From Candidatus Aenigmatarchaeota archaeon (GTDB lineage: Archaea > Aenigmatarchaeota > Aenigmatarchaeia > PWEA01 > JACQIF01), in the NCBI GenBank assembly GCA_016432325.1, contig CP066684.1, positions 768,001-832,000 of the forward strand: DNA of 64,000 bases, in the 5' to 3' direction. Numbering within the stretch: the first letter of the stretch is position 1; each line of letters starts with the position of its first letter. Below, piece by piece: positions 38,421-47,733 of the stretch. A program made the translations under genes and the position numbers. The notes beneath the pieces are model-generated. The model made no database searches, had not been told where the DNA came from, and saw nothing but the letters and a program-made list of their open reading frames with translations.

Positions 38421-39866
38421 CTACGAACTTTCTGGGGTGTTCCACACATCGACTCCTGACTTACCGGTCTCTCTGCTGGCGCGCCCCGCTTTGGACAGCT
38501 TGTCGAGCGTGGCCATCGCCCGCTGGCGGGAAAGTCCGAGTTCGTTGGCATAGAACCAAATAGGTTTTCCGGGATGCTTCTGCAACGCGATTTCCATCGA
38601 GTCGAGGGCTGTCGGTGCGATGCTGAGTCTCCAACGATAGTCCTTGCTTTGCGGCACGCTCTCCTTCTCCTCAACGGTCGCATTGCCGTTCTGCATGTAT
38701 AACGCGGCGGCGCCGAGAATCCTAGACACGCCGGAAGCATGGACGCCGTGCCTTTCCGCGAGCTCCTTCTGTATCGTCTCCACCTCTCGGATGTCGTTTG
38801 CAGAAAAGTTGATGTCAAGCAACGATCTATCAGACATTCCTATGCATATTCCGTTGTATCTGCGCAGAGCCATAGCCGCATGCTTCGCCGAATCCTCCGA
38901 CTGCGCGTCCTTCCAGAAGTCCCTGATGACTTGCATCGGTGAGGTCCCGCCGTCGAACTCCGCCTCAAGGAATCTCTTGATGTCTTTTGGAACCTCTACA
39001 GAGAACGAAACCCTCTTCTCCATCAGGCGCTGTTCGTCAACGGTTGGCGTCACGTCAGGTGTTGGCGTTGCGTTGGACAGGGACACGCTGACTGCAAGTG
39101 TCTTCTGCGGATTCGGTGCAGGTTCAACCGCAACAGGCGCCGCTTGCTCCTTGCGTCCACCACCCGGCCTCAAGAAAAGACCCGTATACTCTATTTCTCC
39201 CGCGTCGTGCATCTCTCTTAGAAGCGGTTCGCCTGCGCTTGCGGTAAGCCCAATGGCACGCAGCGCCGCAGACGCCATGCCGCCAGGATGCTTCTCTGCA
39301 TAGGATTTTATGGACGCCCTCGCGTCCTTGATGTCCTCAGGATTGTCCGGACGAACGGCGGCGAAGTACTTGAGAATCCTTCCCTCCCTCGTCCTCATCA
39401 GTTCGCCTTTGTTGAACAACGTTCTCAGTTCCATGCCGGTTTTTATCGGATTCACGTTGAGCCTAGCGGCATACGAATATGCGTCTTCCATCGGATGCCT
39501 GCGAACGTCTGCGAGAAGGTTATCCCTGAATTCTATCGAATGCCTCGATCTTTGCTTTACAACCTTTTCCTTGCGCGGTTTGGGATGCCCGTTGCTATTA
39601 CCGGAAAGACCGACAAGCTCGACGCCCGGTCGGATGAAATATCCTCGTCCAGAGTCGTCGCCTCCGTCCTTGTATCCGAGGATGCCGTCCCTTTTCAGGT
39701 GGTTCAGAGCGAACGTTGTTCCCCTGAACGGCGTGCCCAAGTCCTTCGATACCTGACCGGCAAAAACCACTCTGCCCTCTTCAAAATACTCGAGAATCTT
39801 TCGCGAGAGAGAACTGTATCTTGAGATATCAAAGATTCTTTTTGTGCCGTTGCCGTTTTCTGACAC
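38421..39866 (-). CDS. Multi-winged-helix DNA-binding protein
   Basis: At least four wHTH-like segments (LNHLKRDGIL, LRTLFNKGEL, LREMHDAGEI, LDKLSKAG). Confidence 0.5.
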   Translation of the reverse strand: MSENGNGTKRIFDISRYSSLSRKILEYFEEGRVVFAGQVSKDLGTPFRGTTFALNHLKRDGILGYKDGGDDSGRGYFIRPGVELVGLSGNSNGHPKPRKEKVVKQRSRHSIEFRDNLLADVRRHPMEDAYSYAARLNVNPIKTGMELRTLFNKGELMRTREGRILKYFAAVRPDNPEDIKDARASIKSYAEKHPGGMASAALRAIGLTASAGEPLLREMHDAGEIEYTGLFLRPGGGRKEQAAPVAVEPAPNPQKTLAVSVSLSNATPTPDVTPTVDEQRLMEKRVSFSVEVPKDIKRFLEAEFDGGTSPMQVIRDFWKDAQSEDSAKHAAMALRRYNGICIGMSDRSLLDINFSANDIREVETIQKELAERHGVHASGVSRILGAAALYMQNGNATVEEKESVPQSKDYRWRLSIAPTALDSMEIALQKHPGKPIWFYANELGLSRQRAMATLDKLSKAGRASRETGKSGVDVWNTPESS

Positions 39867-39957
39867 CCTAACCCCGTTTTCAATTGAAGGCAGTTTTATT
39901 TATACGTTCAGTCTCGGCGCGTACGCGCACTTCGTCTCTTGTCGTTGCACTCTATAT

Positions 39958-40428
39958 ATGGAACGCACGAAAATATTATTTCCGATGCAAGGACACCGCG
40001 CCGCGCCAGAGCCTCTTGTAGAGACGCTTTCAGGAGTCTATTCAGGCCACGTCGCAGAGGTCGTTACAGCCCTTGCGCCTGCCACAATCGGCGTCAACGC
40101 TCAGGCAATGGAGGCCACGAGACTCTTCCCGGAACAGCAAGTCTTTGTCACGATAGTCCCGCCGCGCGGCGTGCCGCGTTCCCTCATCTACAAGGCCCAG
40201 TACGCTGTGCAACCGATACTCGTGCCTGAGAAGCTTCTGACAGAGGAGGACAGGAAACTGCTGCAACTCTACGCGCTGTCCTACGGCTACGGCGTCCTTC
40301 TGCCGAGCGATCCGGTTTTTGGGCGCGTCAAGAACGGCGACGAAGTGATAATCAACACGCATGTCGACGAGGCGGCTTGGGGCGTGGCGCGCGTGCTGAA
40401 GGACCATTTCAAGAACCCGTGGACCTGA
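39958..40428 (+). CDS. Hypothetical protein, possible swivelling beta/beta/alpha domain
   Basis: VKNGDEVIIN C-terminal pattern. Confidence 0.35.
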   Translation: MERTKILFPMQGHRAAPEPLVETLSGVYSGHVAEVVTALAPATIGVNAQAMEATRLFPEQQVFVTIVPPRGVPRSLIYKAQYAVQPILVPEKLLTEEDRKLLQLYALSYGYGVLLPSDPVFGRVKNGDEVIINTHVDEAAWGVARVLKDHFKNPWT

Positions 40429-41452
40429 CCGTAGTTCCGTCCAGCTCGAGCCTCTTTCCAAGGAACGCTTCGATGACCACGATGTTCGTGCGCACGTGAT
40501 TCGTGACTTCTTGCAGATGTGCCTGACCGCCGGACAAGGCGAGGAACGGGAGAATCATGTCAGAGGTCTGCCTGTCCGTTATGCATCCCGAGTCCATCGC
40601 TTTCAGAAGCTTTTCCGCGGCGCTCTTGCCCACGTCTTCTGCGCTCACGCTTTTTTCGCCAATCGCGTCCCCGCCGAGGACAGTGTGCTCGTACTCTGCG
40701 TAACAAACGACACCGGAGCCCGGGTTGTCTGATAGTTCGTACGAAACCTCGACTGTCGTGTCACGGCCTAGCGGTTTGAGCGCCTGTGCGGCTGCCGCGG
40801 CCTGCCTCTCCGCGACGCGCGCCCGCTTCAGTTCTGTCGAGGCCACGGAATAGACGTGTACTCCACGAATGAAACCGCGGTCTGTGAACGAGACGGGTTT
40901 CCCGCGAGACATCGCCAAGAGCGGCGACGCGCCTTCCGGGGGATGCAGGACGAACGTCACGTCCGCGCCTCCCTTCGGATAAAAGCCTTCGCGTTTGACA
41001 TCGAACTCTGTCCTGTAGCCGAACCGCTTGACAACAGGCAGGAAGACCCGCGTTATGTAATCCACGGGCGGGGCCCACTTGCCGTACGTCGCTCCGCCGC
41101 GGACGTGCACGTGTAACGGTTCTTTCAAAACGTACGGAACCAGCTGCAGTGTTTGGAATACGAGACCGACAGAACCGGCTGTCCCTATCTCAACATCCAG
41201 CGCGTCGCGCGTTATCTTTTCCGGAGCGAACGTCACTTCTGTGCTTCCAAGTTTTGCGCCAGTAACTTCCGCGTCGCACAGTAGCGCTATGGCTTTGAGC
41301 GCCTCGAGGTGCTGCGTCTTGAGTCCGCCCACTTCGCGGCCGCCTCTGATGTTCGTCAGCCTGAACGGCGTCTTCGTTACGACCGACAGTCCTAACGCAG
41401 TACGGAGAATCTGCCCGCCGCCGGAAGAGCCGTCGAGTGAGATCATATACAA
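40409..41452 (-). CDS. rtcA: RNA 3'-terminal phosphate cyclase
   Basis: GGGQILRTAL, GLKTQH, GFYPKGG, RVAERQ, TNHVRTN. Confidence 0.93.
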   Translation of the reverse strand: MYMISLDGSSGGGQILRTALGLSVVTKTPFRLTNIRGGREVGGLKTQHLEALKAIALLCDAEVTGAKLGSTEVTFAPEKITRDALDVEIGTAGSVGLVFQTLQLVPYVLKEPLHVHVRGGATYGKWAPPVDYITRVFLPVVKRFGYRTEFDVKREGFYPKGGADVTFVLHPPEGASPLLAMSRGKPVSFTDRGFIRGVHVYSVASTELKRARVAERQAAAAAQALKPLGRDTTVEVSYELSDNPGSGVVCYAEYEHTVLGGDAIGEKSVSAEDVGKSAAEKLLKAMDSGCITDRQTSDMILPFLALSGGQAHLQEVTNHVRTNIVVIEAFLGKRLELDGTTVRSTGS

Positions 41453-41536
41453 TAATACCCCGAACGATAATAAAGGCCGCCAGGGCGGTTTGCGCAGCTC
41501 TCGGTCTTTTTATTACTATCGTCGCATATATCGTCT

Positions 41537-42346
41537 ATGAACTCGAAACGAGAGAATTTCGAAAGATTGAGAACCCGGAGGGAATTGTGGGAGCTAAAAC
41601 GCCGTGAACAGGCCTTTTATGAAGGATTTCCTAGAAGCGGGTCCGCCGCGACATTCGAAAGAGACGCTGTAGACACAGACACTATTAGGAGGCATCGCAG
41701 TAAACTAGCTTTTCCGCAGCTTGTGCATGCGCGCCTCGGCCTAGTTGAAGATTATTACGAACTCCTCGAGCACATGCAGTTTTTACAGTACGCGAAGGCC
41801 GTCTTCGAGGGGGGCGCGAAAGTAAAGACCCGTGCAAAATATTTCACGAAACTGAACACGATAAACCCATCCACATTCCATCAGAGTCGGTATCCAGTTA
41901 AGGTCCATGAGCGGGGCTGGGGATACTCTGCGAATTCTAGCACAGATCAGGAAACGGTTGAAAAGATAGACCTTGAACTCGTACGTCTGGAAGCCAGACT
42001 GGACAAACACCCAGTCCGCGGCACGGTGCTGGAAAAAATACCCATCGGGACAAAGCCAATGTGGCGCGAGTATATAGCGGGGATGAAATCTTCCGGTCGA
42101 ATCGTACGCTTCCTATATGAATCCGAAGAGAAGAGGCAGGAAAGACTTGAAGAAATAAAGGATGCCGTGACTGCGAGATGGCGTCATGTAACCCCATCCG
42201 ATCCTGAATCATATAAACGCTACAAAGGCGCCGTCTTTGGGTTGAAGAAAGAGGCCGCCCTAATAGGCGCGGAAAGGGCCGCAATATATTTCGTTTCGGA
42301 ATTCGAGAGGCAAAGGCGACAGGCCCCGCCTCTGCCCGACGCCTAA
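41537..42346 (+). CDS. Hypothetical basic protein
   Basis: 269-aa ORF. Confidence 0.45.
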   Translation: MNSKRENFERLRTRRELWELKRREQAFYEGFPRSGSAATFERDAVDTDTIRRHRSKLAFPQLVHARLGLVEDYYELLEHMQFLQYAKAVFEGGAKVKTRAKYFTKLNTINPSTFHQSRYPVKVHERGWGYSANSSTDQETVEKIDLELVRLEARLDKHPVRGTVLEKIPIGTKPMWREYIAGMKSSGRIVRFLYESEEKRQERLEEIKDAVTARWRHVTPSDPESYKRYKGAVFGLKKEAALIGAERAAIYFVSEFERQRRQAPPLPDA

Positions 42347-42388
42347 ACAAATGTCATTCTTATTTCGGCTCGTACAAAAACATATTCC

Positions 42389-42565
42389 ATGGAAGCTCTC
42401 CTGTACAACAGAAGCGGCTCGCCTGCTCCATGCGACTTCTGCGGCACGCCGATATCGGACTTGGGCCTCGGTTTCCACGACCACATAAAAACAAGCGAAG
42501 GCTGCAGCGCGCAGTACGAGGCGTGGCTCGAGCGCATCAAGCAGGACCATCCAGAAGGGGACTAG
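42389..42565 (+). CDS. Small zinc-finger protein (DUF7501-like); absent from the ORF track
   Basis: MEALL...CDFCGTPISDLGLGFHDHI...CSAQYEAW. Confidence 0.6.
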   Translation: MEALLYNRSGSPAPCDFCGTPISDLGLGFHDHIKTSEGCSAQYEAWLERIKQDHPEGD

Positions 42566-42633
42566 ATAAATATTCGCTGCCTTCGACAACGCCCAAGAGA
42601 GGGTTTAAATTGTTATCGTTGCCAACAAAGGGC

Positions 42634-43248
42634 ATGGCAACATCACTTCAGATGCTCCGAATAGAGCCTAAAATAGTTGGCGGTAAAACGGTCATTCCAG
42701 CCTTCGAACTCGCCAACCAGATAGAGTTTCCACAGCAAAACGGTCGCTATCTGACAGCCGCAGAGCATCAGGCCCGCGGACTCGCGACGCTCGGCATGTT
42801 TCGCCACGCTTTCGATACTTCTCCATATTTCAAACAGGCCATCCACGCCCAGCGCGGTTGCGGCGAATGGACCTCGACCGCGTGGGAAGACGGTCGTTAC
42901 GTGCACGAAGGAGGCCGTCTCGTACGCGACGGAAACGCTTGGGAATACGAAGGCGGTACGCGCACGAAGGTGCGAATGCCTGAAGACGGCTGGGGACTCG
43001 AATACCATCCCACGCTTGGCGTTCCTACGAAAACAGGCGACAGAGAAGACGCCGTAGCGAAGTTCGGCCAGGACGCTTCATATTTCTTGGGCGACAAAGA
43101 AGGCTTTAGGCCCGTGATTCGGGGTCGCAGCCTCGGCGACCGCGGGCCCTTCGACGTCGGCGCGAGCTGTGGGCCTGGCGCCGGGAACTCGGTCGTTGGT
43201 GGTCGTGCGTGCCGTAGGTCAGGACTAATGAGATTGGCAAAGGAATAG
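42634..43248 (+). CDS. C-type-lectin-fold protein resembling a DGR variable target
   Basis: GEWT motif; C-terminus VIRG-x6-GPF-x3-A-x3-P-x4-S-x-VGGR built from NNC/NNT codons. Confidence 0.6.
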   Translation: MATSLQMLRIEPKIVGGKTVIPAFELANQIEFPQQNGRYLTAAEHQARGLATLGMFRHAFDTSPYFKQAIHAQRGCGEWTSTAWEDGRYVHEGGRLVRDGNAWEYEGGTRTKVRMPEDGWGLEYHPTLGVPTKTGDREDAVAKFGQDASYFLGDKEGFRPVIRGRSLGDRGPFDVGASCGPGAGNSVVGGRACRRSGLMRLAKE

Positions 43249-43306
43249 ACGACATCATTTCAAGATATGGAATAAGAGAATAGACTCCACCCCCAGTAAA
43301 AAGCAA

Positions 43307-44590
43307 CTAGACGTCAATCGTATCCCCGACGGCAGGCGCGACGGCGTCAAAGCCGTGCTCTTCCTTGAGCGCCGCGGCGAACTTCTTGGTGTCCTCCCCG
43401 TGGATGCAGACGACGCGTTCCGGATTCAACGTTTTGATGTAGTTCACGAGTTCGCTCCTGCCCGCGTGCGCAGAGAAGTCGAGCTTTTCAAACGGAACCT
43501 TGAGCTTGAACTCCTTCTTCTCCGTCTTGTAGACGCCTGTCTCGAGAAGCGCTTTTCCCGCGGAGCCTTCGGCCTGGAAGCCCGTCATTGCCAGATACGA
43601 GTTTCTGTCATCCTTCAGGTGTTCGAGGTAATGAGCGACAGGACCGCCGTTGAGCATGCCGGAAGTCGTGATGATTACGCACGGATGCTTCTTCTTGAGA
43701 ATCTTCTCGCGCGCTTGGTTGTTCGTCACTTTCTTTGCTCTGGCGAACACGCGCTGGAGCATCTGCGGGTATCTCAGGAACTCCGAGTAGCGCAGGGCGA
43801 TGGCCGTAGCGTCGCGGCACATGCCGTCCACGTATATCGGCACGTCGATGCCGTACTTTTCCAGCACGAGCAAGAGTTCCTGTGCGCGGCCGACTGCGAA
43901 CGAAGAGACCAGCGCGACGCCGTCATTGTTCACGGCTTCGCGTATGCGCTTTATCAGGTGCTTCTCTGTCTCGTCGCGGTTCGGATGCTCTTTCGTTCCG
44001 TAGGTGGACTCTATTATCAGCGTCTTCACGTCCTCGCGCACCGGACTCAGGCCGTTCAGGAGCTCTGTCTTTTCGACCTTCATGTCGCCTGTGTAGACCA
44101 CGACTCCTTTTCCTGTGTCTATCACGGCCTGCCCCGAGCCCGGGATGTGGCCCGCGTCGTAGAACATCACCTGCGAGTTGCCTATCTCGAACTGCTGGCC
44201 GTAGGCGACGCGAAACGCGTTGGCGTACATCGTGGAGACGTCCTTGGAGAAATACCCGATGCCGTGGCCCTTGATTTTGGCGAGCTTGAGGCTGTCCTTC
44301 AAAAGCAGGTCCATCAGGTCGAGAGTGGTCGCGGACGCATGCACCGGCCCTCGATAGCCGCGGTTGTAGAGAGAAGGCACGAAACCGCCGTGGTCCAGGT
44401 GGGCGTGCGAGACTACGACGCCGTCGAGTTTAACGGACGCCGCCATCGGGAACGCGGGCTGGTCAACGCCCTCCGCGCCTGTGACGACCTTTATTCCGTA
44501 GTCCATCAATATGCGTTCGCTTCCTGTGTCCAGCACGAATCCGGAACGGCCGACCTCTTGGGCGGCGCCGAGGCATTGTAACTTCATCAT
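43307..44590 (-). CDS. Metallo-beta-lactamase/beta-CASP ribonuclease (aCPSF2-like)
   Basis: GAAQEVGRS, SHAHLDH, AGHIPG, YTGD, ESTYG, GRAQE, FSAHA, IHGE. Confidence 0.92.
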   Translation of the reverse strand: MMKLQCLGAAQEVGRSGFVLDTGSERILMDYGIKVVTGAEGVDQPAFPMAASVKLDGVVVSHAHLDHGGFVPSLYNRGYRGPVHASATTLDLMDLLLKDSLKLAKIKGHGIGYFSKDVSTMYANAFRVAYGQQFEIGNSQVMFYDAGHIPGSGQAVIDTGKGVVVYTGDMKVEKTELLNGLSPVREDVKTLIIESTYGTKEHPNRDETEKHLIKRIREAVNNDGVALVSSFAVGRAQELLLVLEKYGIDVPIYVDGMCRDATAIALRYSEFLRYPQMLQRVFARAKKVTNNQAREKILKKKHPCVIITTSGMLNGGPVAHYLEHLKDDRNSYLAMTGFQAEGSAGKALLETGVYKTEKKEFKLKVPFEKLDFSAHAGRSELVNYIKTLNPERVVCIHGEDTKKFAAALKEEHGFDAVAPAVGDTIDV

Positions 44591-44700
44591 CAAAATCCTG
44601 TGCGACGTTTCCCACAAGCGCTTATATAGCTTCTTCTTGAAGTCTTCTTCGGTGTCCCTGATGAGCAACGGCCTTTACGAGAAACGTCTTTGGCGTTAGA

Positions 44701-45363
44701 ATAGGAGTTCTCGGAGGCATAGGCCCTGAAGCAACGGCGCTTTTCTACAGGAAGCTCATCCTGCGGCTGCAGAAGAGAGGCACGATACGGAGCAACGGCG
44801 ACTACCCCCAGATAATCATCAACAGCATTCCGGCTCCGGAGCTGGTCGGCGAGATATCAGACGAACACCTCAAGCCGTTCGTTCGCGGACTCAAAGAGCT
44901 CGACTCGTTTGGCGTTGACTTCATAGTGATGGCCTGCAACACGATACACCTCTTTCATGGAAAATTGCAGAAGGAAGTGCGCGCTCCCATCCTAGACCTG
45001 CGTGTTGCCGTAAATAAGTCCCTCGAAAGACGCGGAGTGAGGAACGCCCTGATTATTGGGACGCCTAATACCGTGAAACGGAAATTATACGGGTTTGGCG
45101 GGCGCCTTATTGAGCCTGACGCGGAAGAAACAGAACGCCTCGCGCAGGCGATTCTGAACTTCAACAGAGGAGTGGACAAGGAAGCCCAGGTCGAGATCAC
45201 AAGGACAATCTGCAGACGCCATTTGGATAACGGCGCAGAAGCGGTCTTGCTGGCCTGCACGGAGTTCGCGGTGATGCTCGACGGCGAACCGCAGACAATA
45301 AGCACAATAGACGTGTTGGTGGATGCCGTGATGGAAAAGTTCGTGTCTCCCACAAACGCTTAA
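44701..45363 (+). CDS. Aspartate/glutamate racemase family protein; no canonical in-frame start
   Basis: IGVLGGIGPEAT in frame upstream of the listed ORF; both catalytic Cys present (ACNT, ACTE). Confidence 0.75.
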   Translation: MGVLGGIGPEATALFYRKLILRLQKRGTIRSNGDYPQIIINSIPAPELVGEISDEHLKPFVRGLKELDSFGVDFIVMACNTIHLFHGKLQKEVRAPILDLRVAVNKSLERRGVRNALIIGTPNTVKRKLYGFGGRLIEPDAEETERLAQAILNFNRGVDKEAQVEITRTICRRHLDNGAEAVLLACTEFAVMLDGEPQTISTIDVLVDAVMEKFVSPTNA

Positions 45364-45415
45364 ATACTTTCTTTGCGAATGGGGCTCAGGTGGACAAGAT
45401 GGGTGAGGGCCTTTA

Positions 45416-45640
45416 TTGGTGGGTGCCTTTATCGCTTCTGGCGGTAATGGGCGGAACAGGAACAGTCGAGTAGAACAACCCTGTCTTGCGACTATTGCTC
45501 AAATCGACGACCGCGGGCGCATCTTCCTTCCAGCCATGCTCAGGAAGCGGTTGGGAATAGAAAGAGACGCGGCGTTCATGCTGATACTCGACCCGGACGG
45601 TTTCTTGGTGCTGATGCCAACCACGAGAGAGGGGAAATAG
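45416..45640 (+). CDS. AbrB/MazE/SpoVT-like DNA-binding protein
   Basis: IDDRGRIFLPAMLRKRLGI. Confidence 0.75.
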   Translation: MVGAFIASGGNGRNRNSRVEQPCLATIAQIDDRGRIFLPAMLRKRLGIERDAAFMLILDPDGFLVLMPTTREGK

Positions 45641-45641
45641 G

Positions 45642-45836
45642 ATGGGTCTTCTTGAATACATTAGGAGAGAGCTTATAGTTGGATGGCGTGTCTCGGAGCG
45701 GATGGGCGACGTTGATATGGTGTTGGCCCGTTACGGTGATTCGTGGGCTCTCGAGAAACTCACCGCGATGATGGAGGAGGAGGCCCTCAGGTACAGGCGC
45801 GAAACACGTGGGAGTTCCGAAAGCCTTAATAAATGA
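45642..45836 (+). CDS. Small hypothetical protein
   Basis: Directly follows the AbrB-like gene. Confidence 0.4.
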   Translation: MGLLEYIRRELIVGWRVSERMGDVDMVLARYGDSWALEKLTAMMEEEALRYRRETRGSSESLNK

Positions 45837-45855
45837 CTAAGGGAGAACAGTGAAC

Positions 45856-46317
45856 ATGGGTCTTGAAGTCGAGAAAAGGCTGGAAGAGAAGGGCATTTCG
45901 TACAGGCTCATAGAGCTTGAAGGGAGAGCCGTGTCTGTGAAAGATGTGCTGGCCCTTGCCAAGGAGAAGATAAAACTCGAAGAGGTGTGCAAGACTATAG
46001 TGGCGAAGGACGGCAAAGGCAACAGCTATGCATTCGTCCTCAAGGGCAACCAAAAGATAGACATGGCCAAAGCCGAACGTCTCGTAGGAGGAGGTCTCAG
46101 AATAGCGAGACCCGAGGAAGTGGAGGATGCCGCGGGCGTCGAGCCCGGCGCTGTGTGCCCGCTCCTGCTGGAGATTCCCATACTTGTTGACAGGCGGGTC
46201 TTGGATACCGAAAGGATAAACTTCGGTTCCGGAGACCATCTGTATGGGGTGGAAATCTCGACGAAGGATTTGGAGAAGGTCATCGAGTTTCGCGTGGCGG
46301 ATTTTGCGAAGGTGTGA
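45856..46317 (+). CDS. YbaK/ProX aminoacyl-tRNA deacylase family protein
   Basis: CKTIV, GVEPGAVCPL, INFGSG. Confidence 0.85.
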   Translation: MGLEVEKRLEEKGISYRLIELEGRAVSVKDVLALAKEKIKLEEVCKTIVAKDGKGNSYAFVLKGNQKIDMAKAERLVGGGLRIARPEEVEDAAGVEPGAVCPLLLEIPILVDRRVLDTERINFGSGDHLYGVEISTKDLEKVIEFRVADFAKV

Positions 46318-46319
46318 AC

Positions 46320-47687
46320 ATGGACATGGAGAAAAGGATGGAACTGATAAAACAAGTAGGAGAGGAGATATTAACCGAAGAAGAACTACGAGAACTTCTT
46401 GCCAAGAAACGCGATCCCATCGCCTACGACGGCTTTGAGCCTTCCGGACGCATGCACATTGCGCAGGGAATTTTGCGTGCGATTAATATTAACAAGATGA
46501 CCCGTGCCGGCTGCAAATTCAAGATGCTTGTTGCGGATTGGCACGCCTGGGCTAACAACAAGATGGGGGGCGACCTCGATGCGATTCAGATGGTAGGCGA
46601 ATACATGATAGAGGTCTGGCGAGCCAGCGGTATGGAACTGGACAACGTGGAGTTTGTCTGGGCCTCGGACCTAGCAAAGGACGACGAGTACTGGAAAATC
46701 GTTATGAACGTTGCCCGCGCGTCGACGCTCAATCGTATTATACGCACCGCACAAATAATGGGACGATCGGAACGTGACACTCTCTCGGCCGCGCAGATAC
46801 TCTATCCATGCATGCAGGCCGCGGACATCTTCTACCTGAAAGCCGACATAACACAACTCGGCATGGACCAGAGGAAGGTGAACGTTCTGGCTCGCGAGCT
46901 GGGGCCGTCGCTTGGGTTTTGGAAACCTGTTGTTGTTTCGCACCATATGCTGATGGGACTTGTGGAACCCACTACAAAACCACATATAGCTACAAGGCAT
47001 CTGGATCTTCAGGGAACGTTGCCTTTGCCCAACGGAGGACAATTAAGAATAAAATCAGTTCCATCACAAAAAGGACTTTTACCAGTTTTAAACCATCCTG
47101 CCTATGGCGGCCGAGGATTTAGTGCAAAATTCTTTTACACTCCACCAAAATCAGTGACAGCGACAGAGGAAGAATTGTGGCAACGGGAATTAACAAACCT
47201 TGATGGGATCGGGGTCAAACTTATATCTCTCGATCAAATGACAGGTGAAGCTCAGTTGGAAATAATTTCAGGACCTTCAGCAGAAGAGCGGGCGATGGCG
47301 ATGAAGATGTCCAAATCGGTCCCAGACAGCGCGATATTCATGACAGACTCCGTAGACGATATTAGCGAGAAGATATCGAAAGCGTACTGTCCAGAAAAGC
47401 AGACAAACGAGAATCCGATTTTGGAATATTGCAGGCATATTATTTTCGGGTTGAACGAAGAGATGAAAATAAGCAGATCGGCCAAATGGGGTGGTAATGT
47501 AACGTATAGTTCATACGGTGAGCTTGAAAGGGACTATGCCGGCGGGAAGTTGCACCCAATGGATTTGAAAGCCGCCGTGATAAAATATTTGGTGAAAGCA
47601 GTCGAGCCGATACAAAAGCACTTCTCCAAGAACAAGAAAGCCGCCGAACTTCTGAAGTTCGTGGAAGGCGCGAAGGTGACCAGATGA
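46320..47687 (+). CDS. tyrS: Tyrosyl-tRNA synthetase (archaeal type) with ~95-aa insertion
   Basis: YDGFEPSGRMHIAQG, YPCMQAAD, GMDQRK, KMSKS, LHPMDLK. Confidence 0.95.
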   Translation: MDMEKRMELIKQVGEEILTEEELRELLAKKRDPIAYDGFEPSGRMHIAQGILRAININKMTRAGCKFKMLVADWHAWANNKMGGDLDAIQMVGEYMIEVWRASGMELDNVEFVWASDLAKDDEYWKIVMNVARASTLNRIIRTAQIMGRSERDTLSAAQILYPCMQAADIFYLKADITQLGMDQRKVNVLARELGPSLGFWKPVVVSHHMLMGLVEPTTKPHIATRHLDLQGTLPLPNGGQLRIKSVPSQKGLLPVLNHPAYGGRGFSAKFFYTPPKSVTATEEELWQRELTNLDGIGVKLISLDQMTGEAQLEIISGPSAEERAMAMKMSKSVPDSAIFMTDSVDDISEKISKAYCPEKQTNENPILEYCRHIIFGLNEEMKISRSAKWGGNVTYSSYGELERDYAGGKLHPMDLKAAVIKYLVKAVEPIQKHFSKNKKAAELLKFVEGAKVTR

Positions 47688-47733
47688 AAACGCGCGGCGT
47701 TTTCAAAGTTACCTCCAACGGGGTCGGTAACCG

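Noticed and set aside
43355-44581. Long antisense ORFs (also 22914-24188, 36157-37194, 50781-51692)
   Set aside because: Shadows of high-GC3 genes on the opposite strand.
46970-47285. Intein in TyrRS
   Set aside because: No intein terminal residues or LAGLIDADG motifs.
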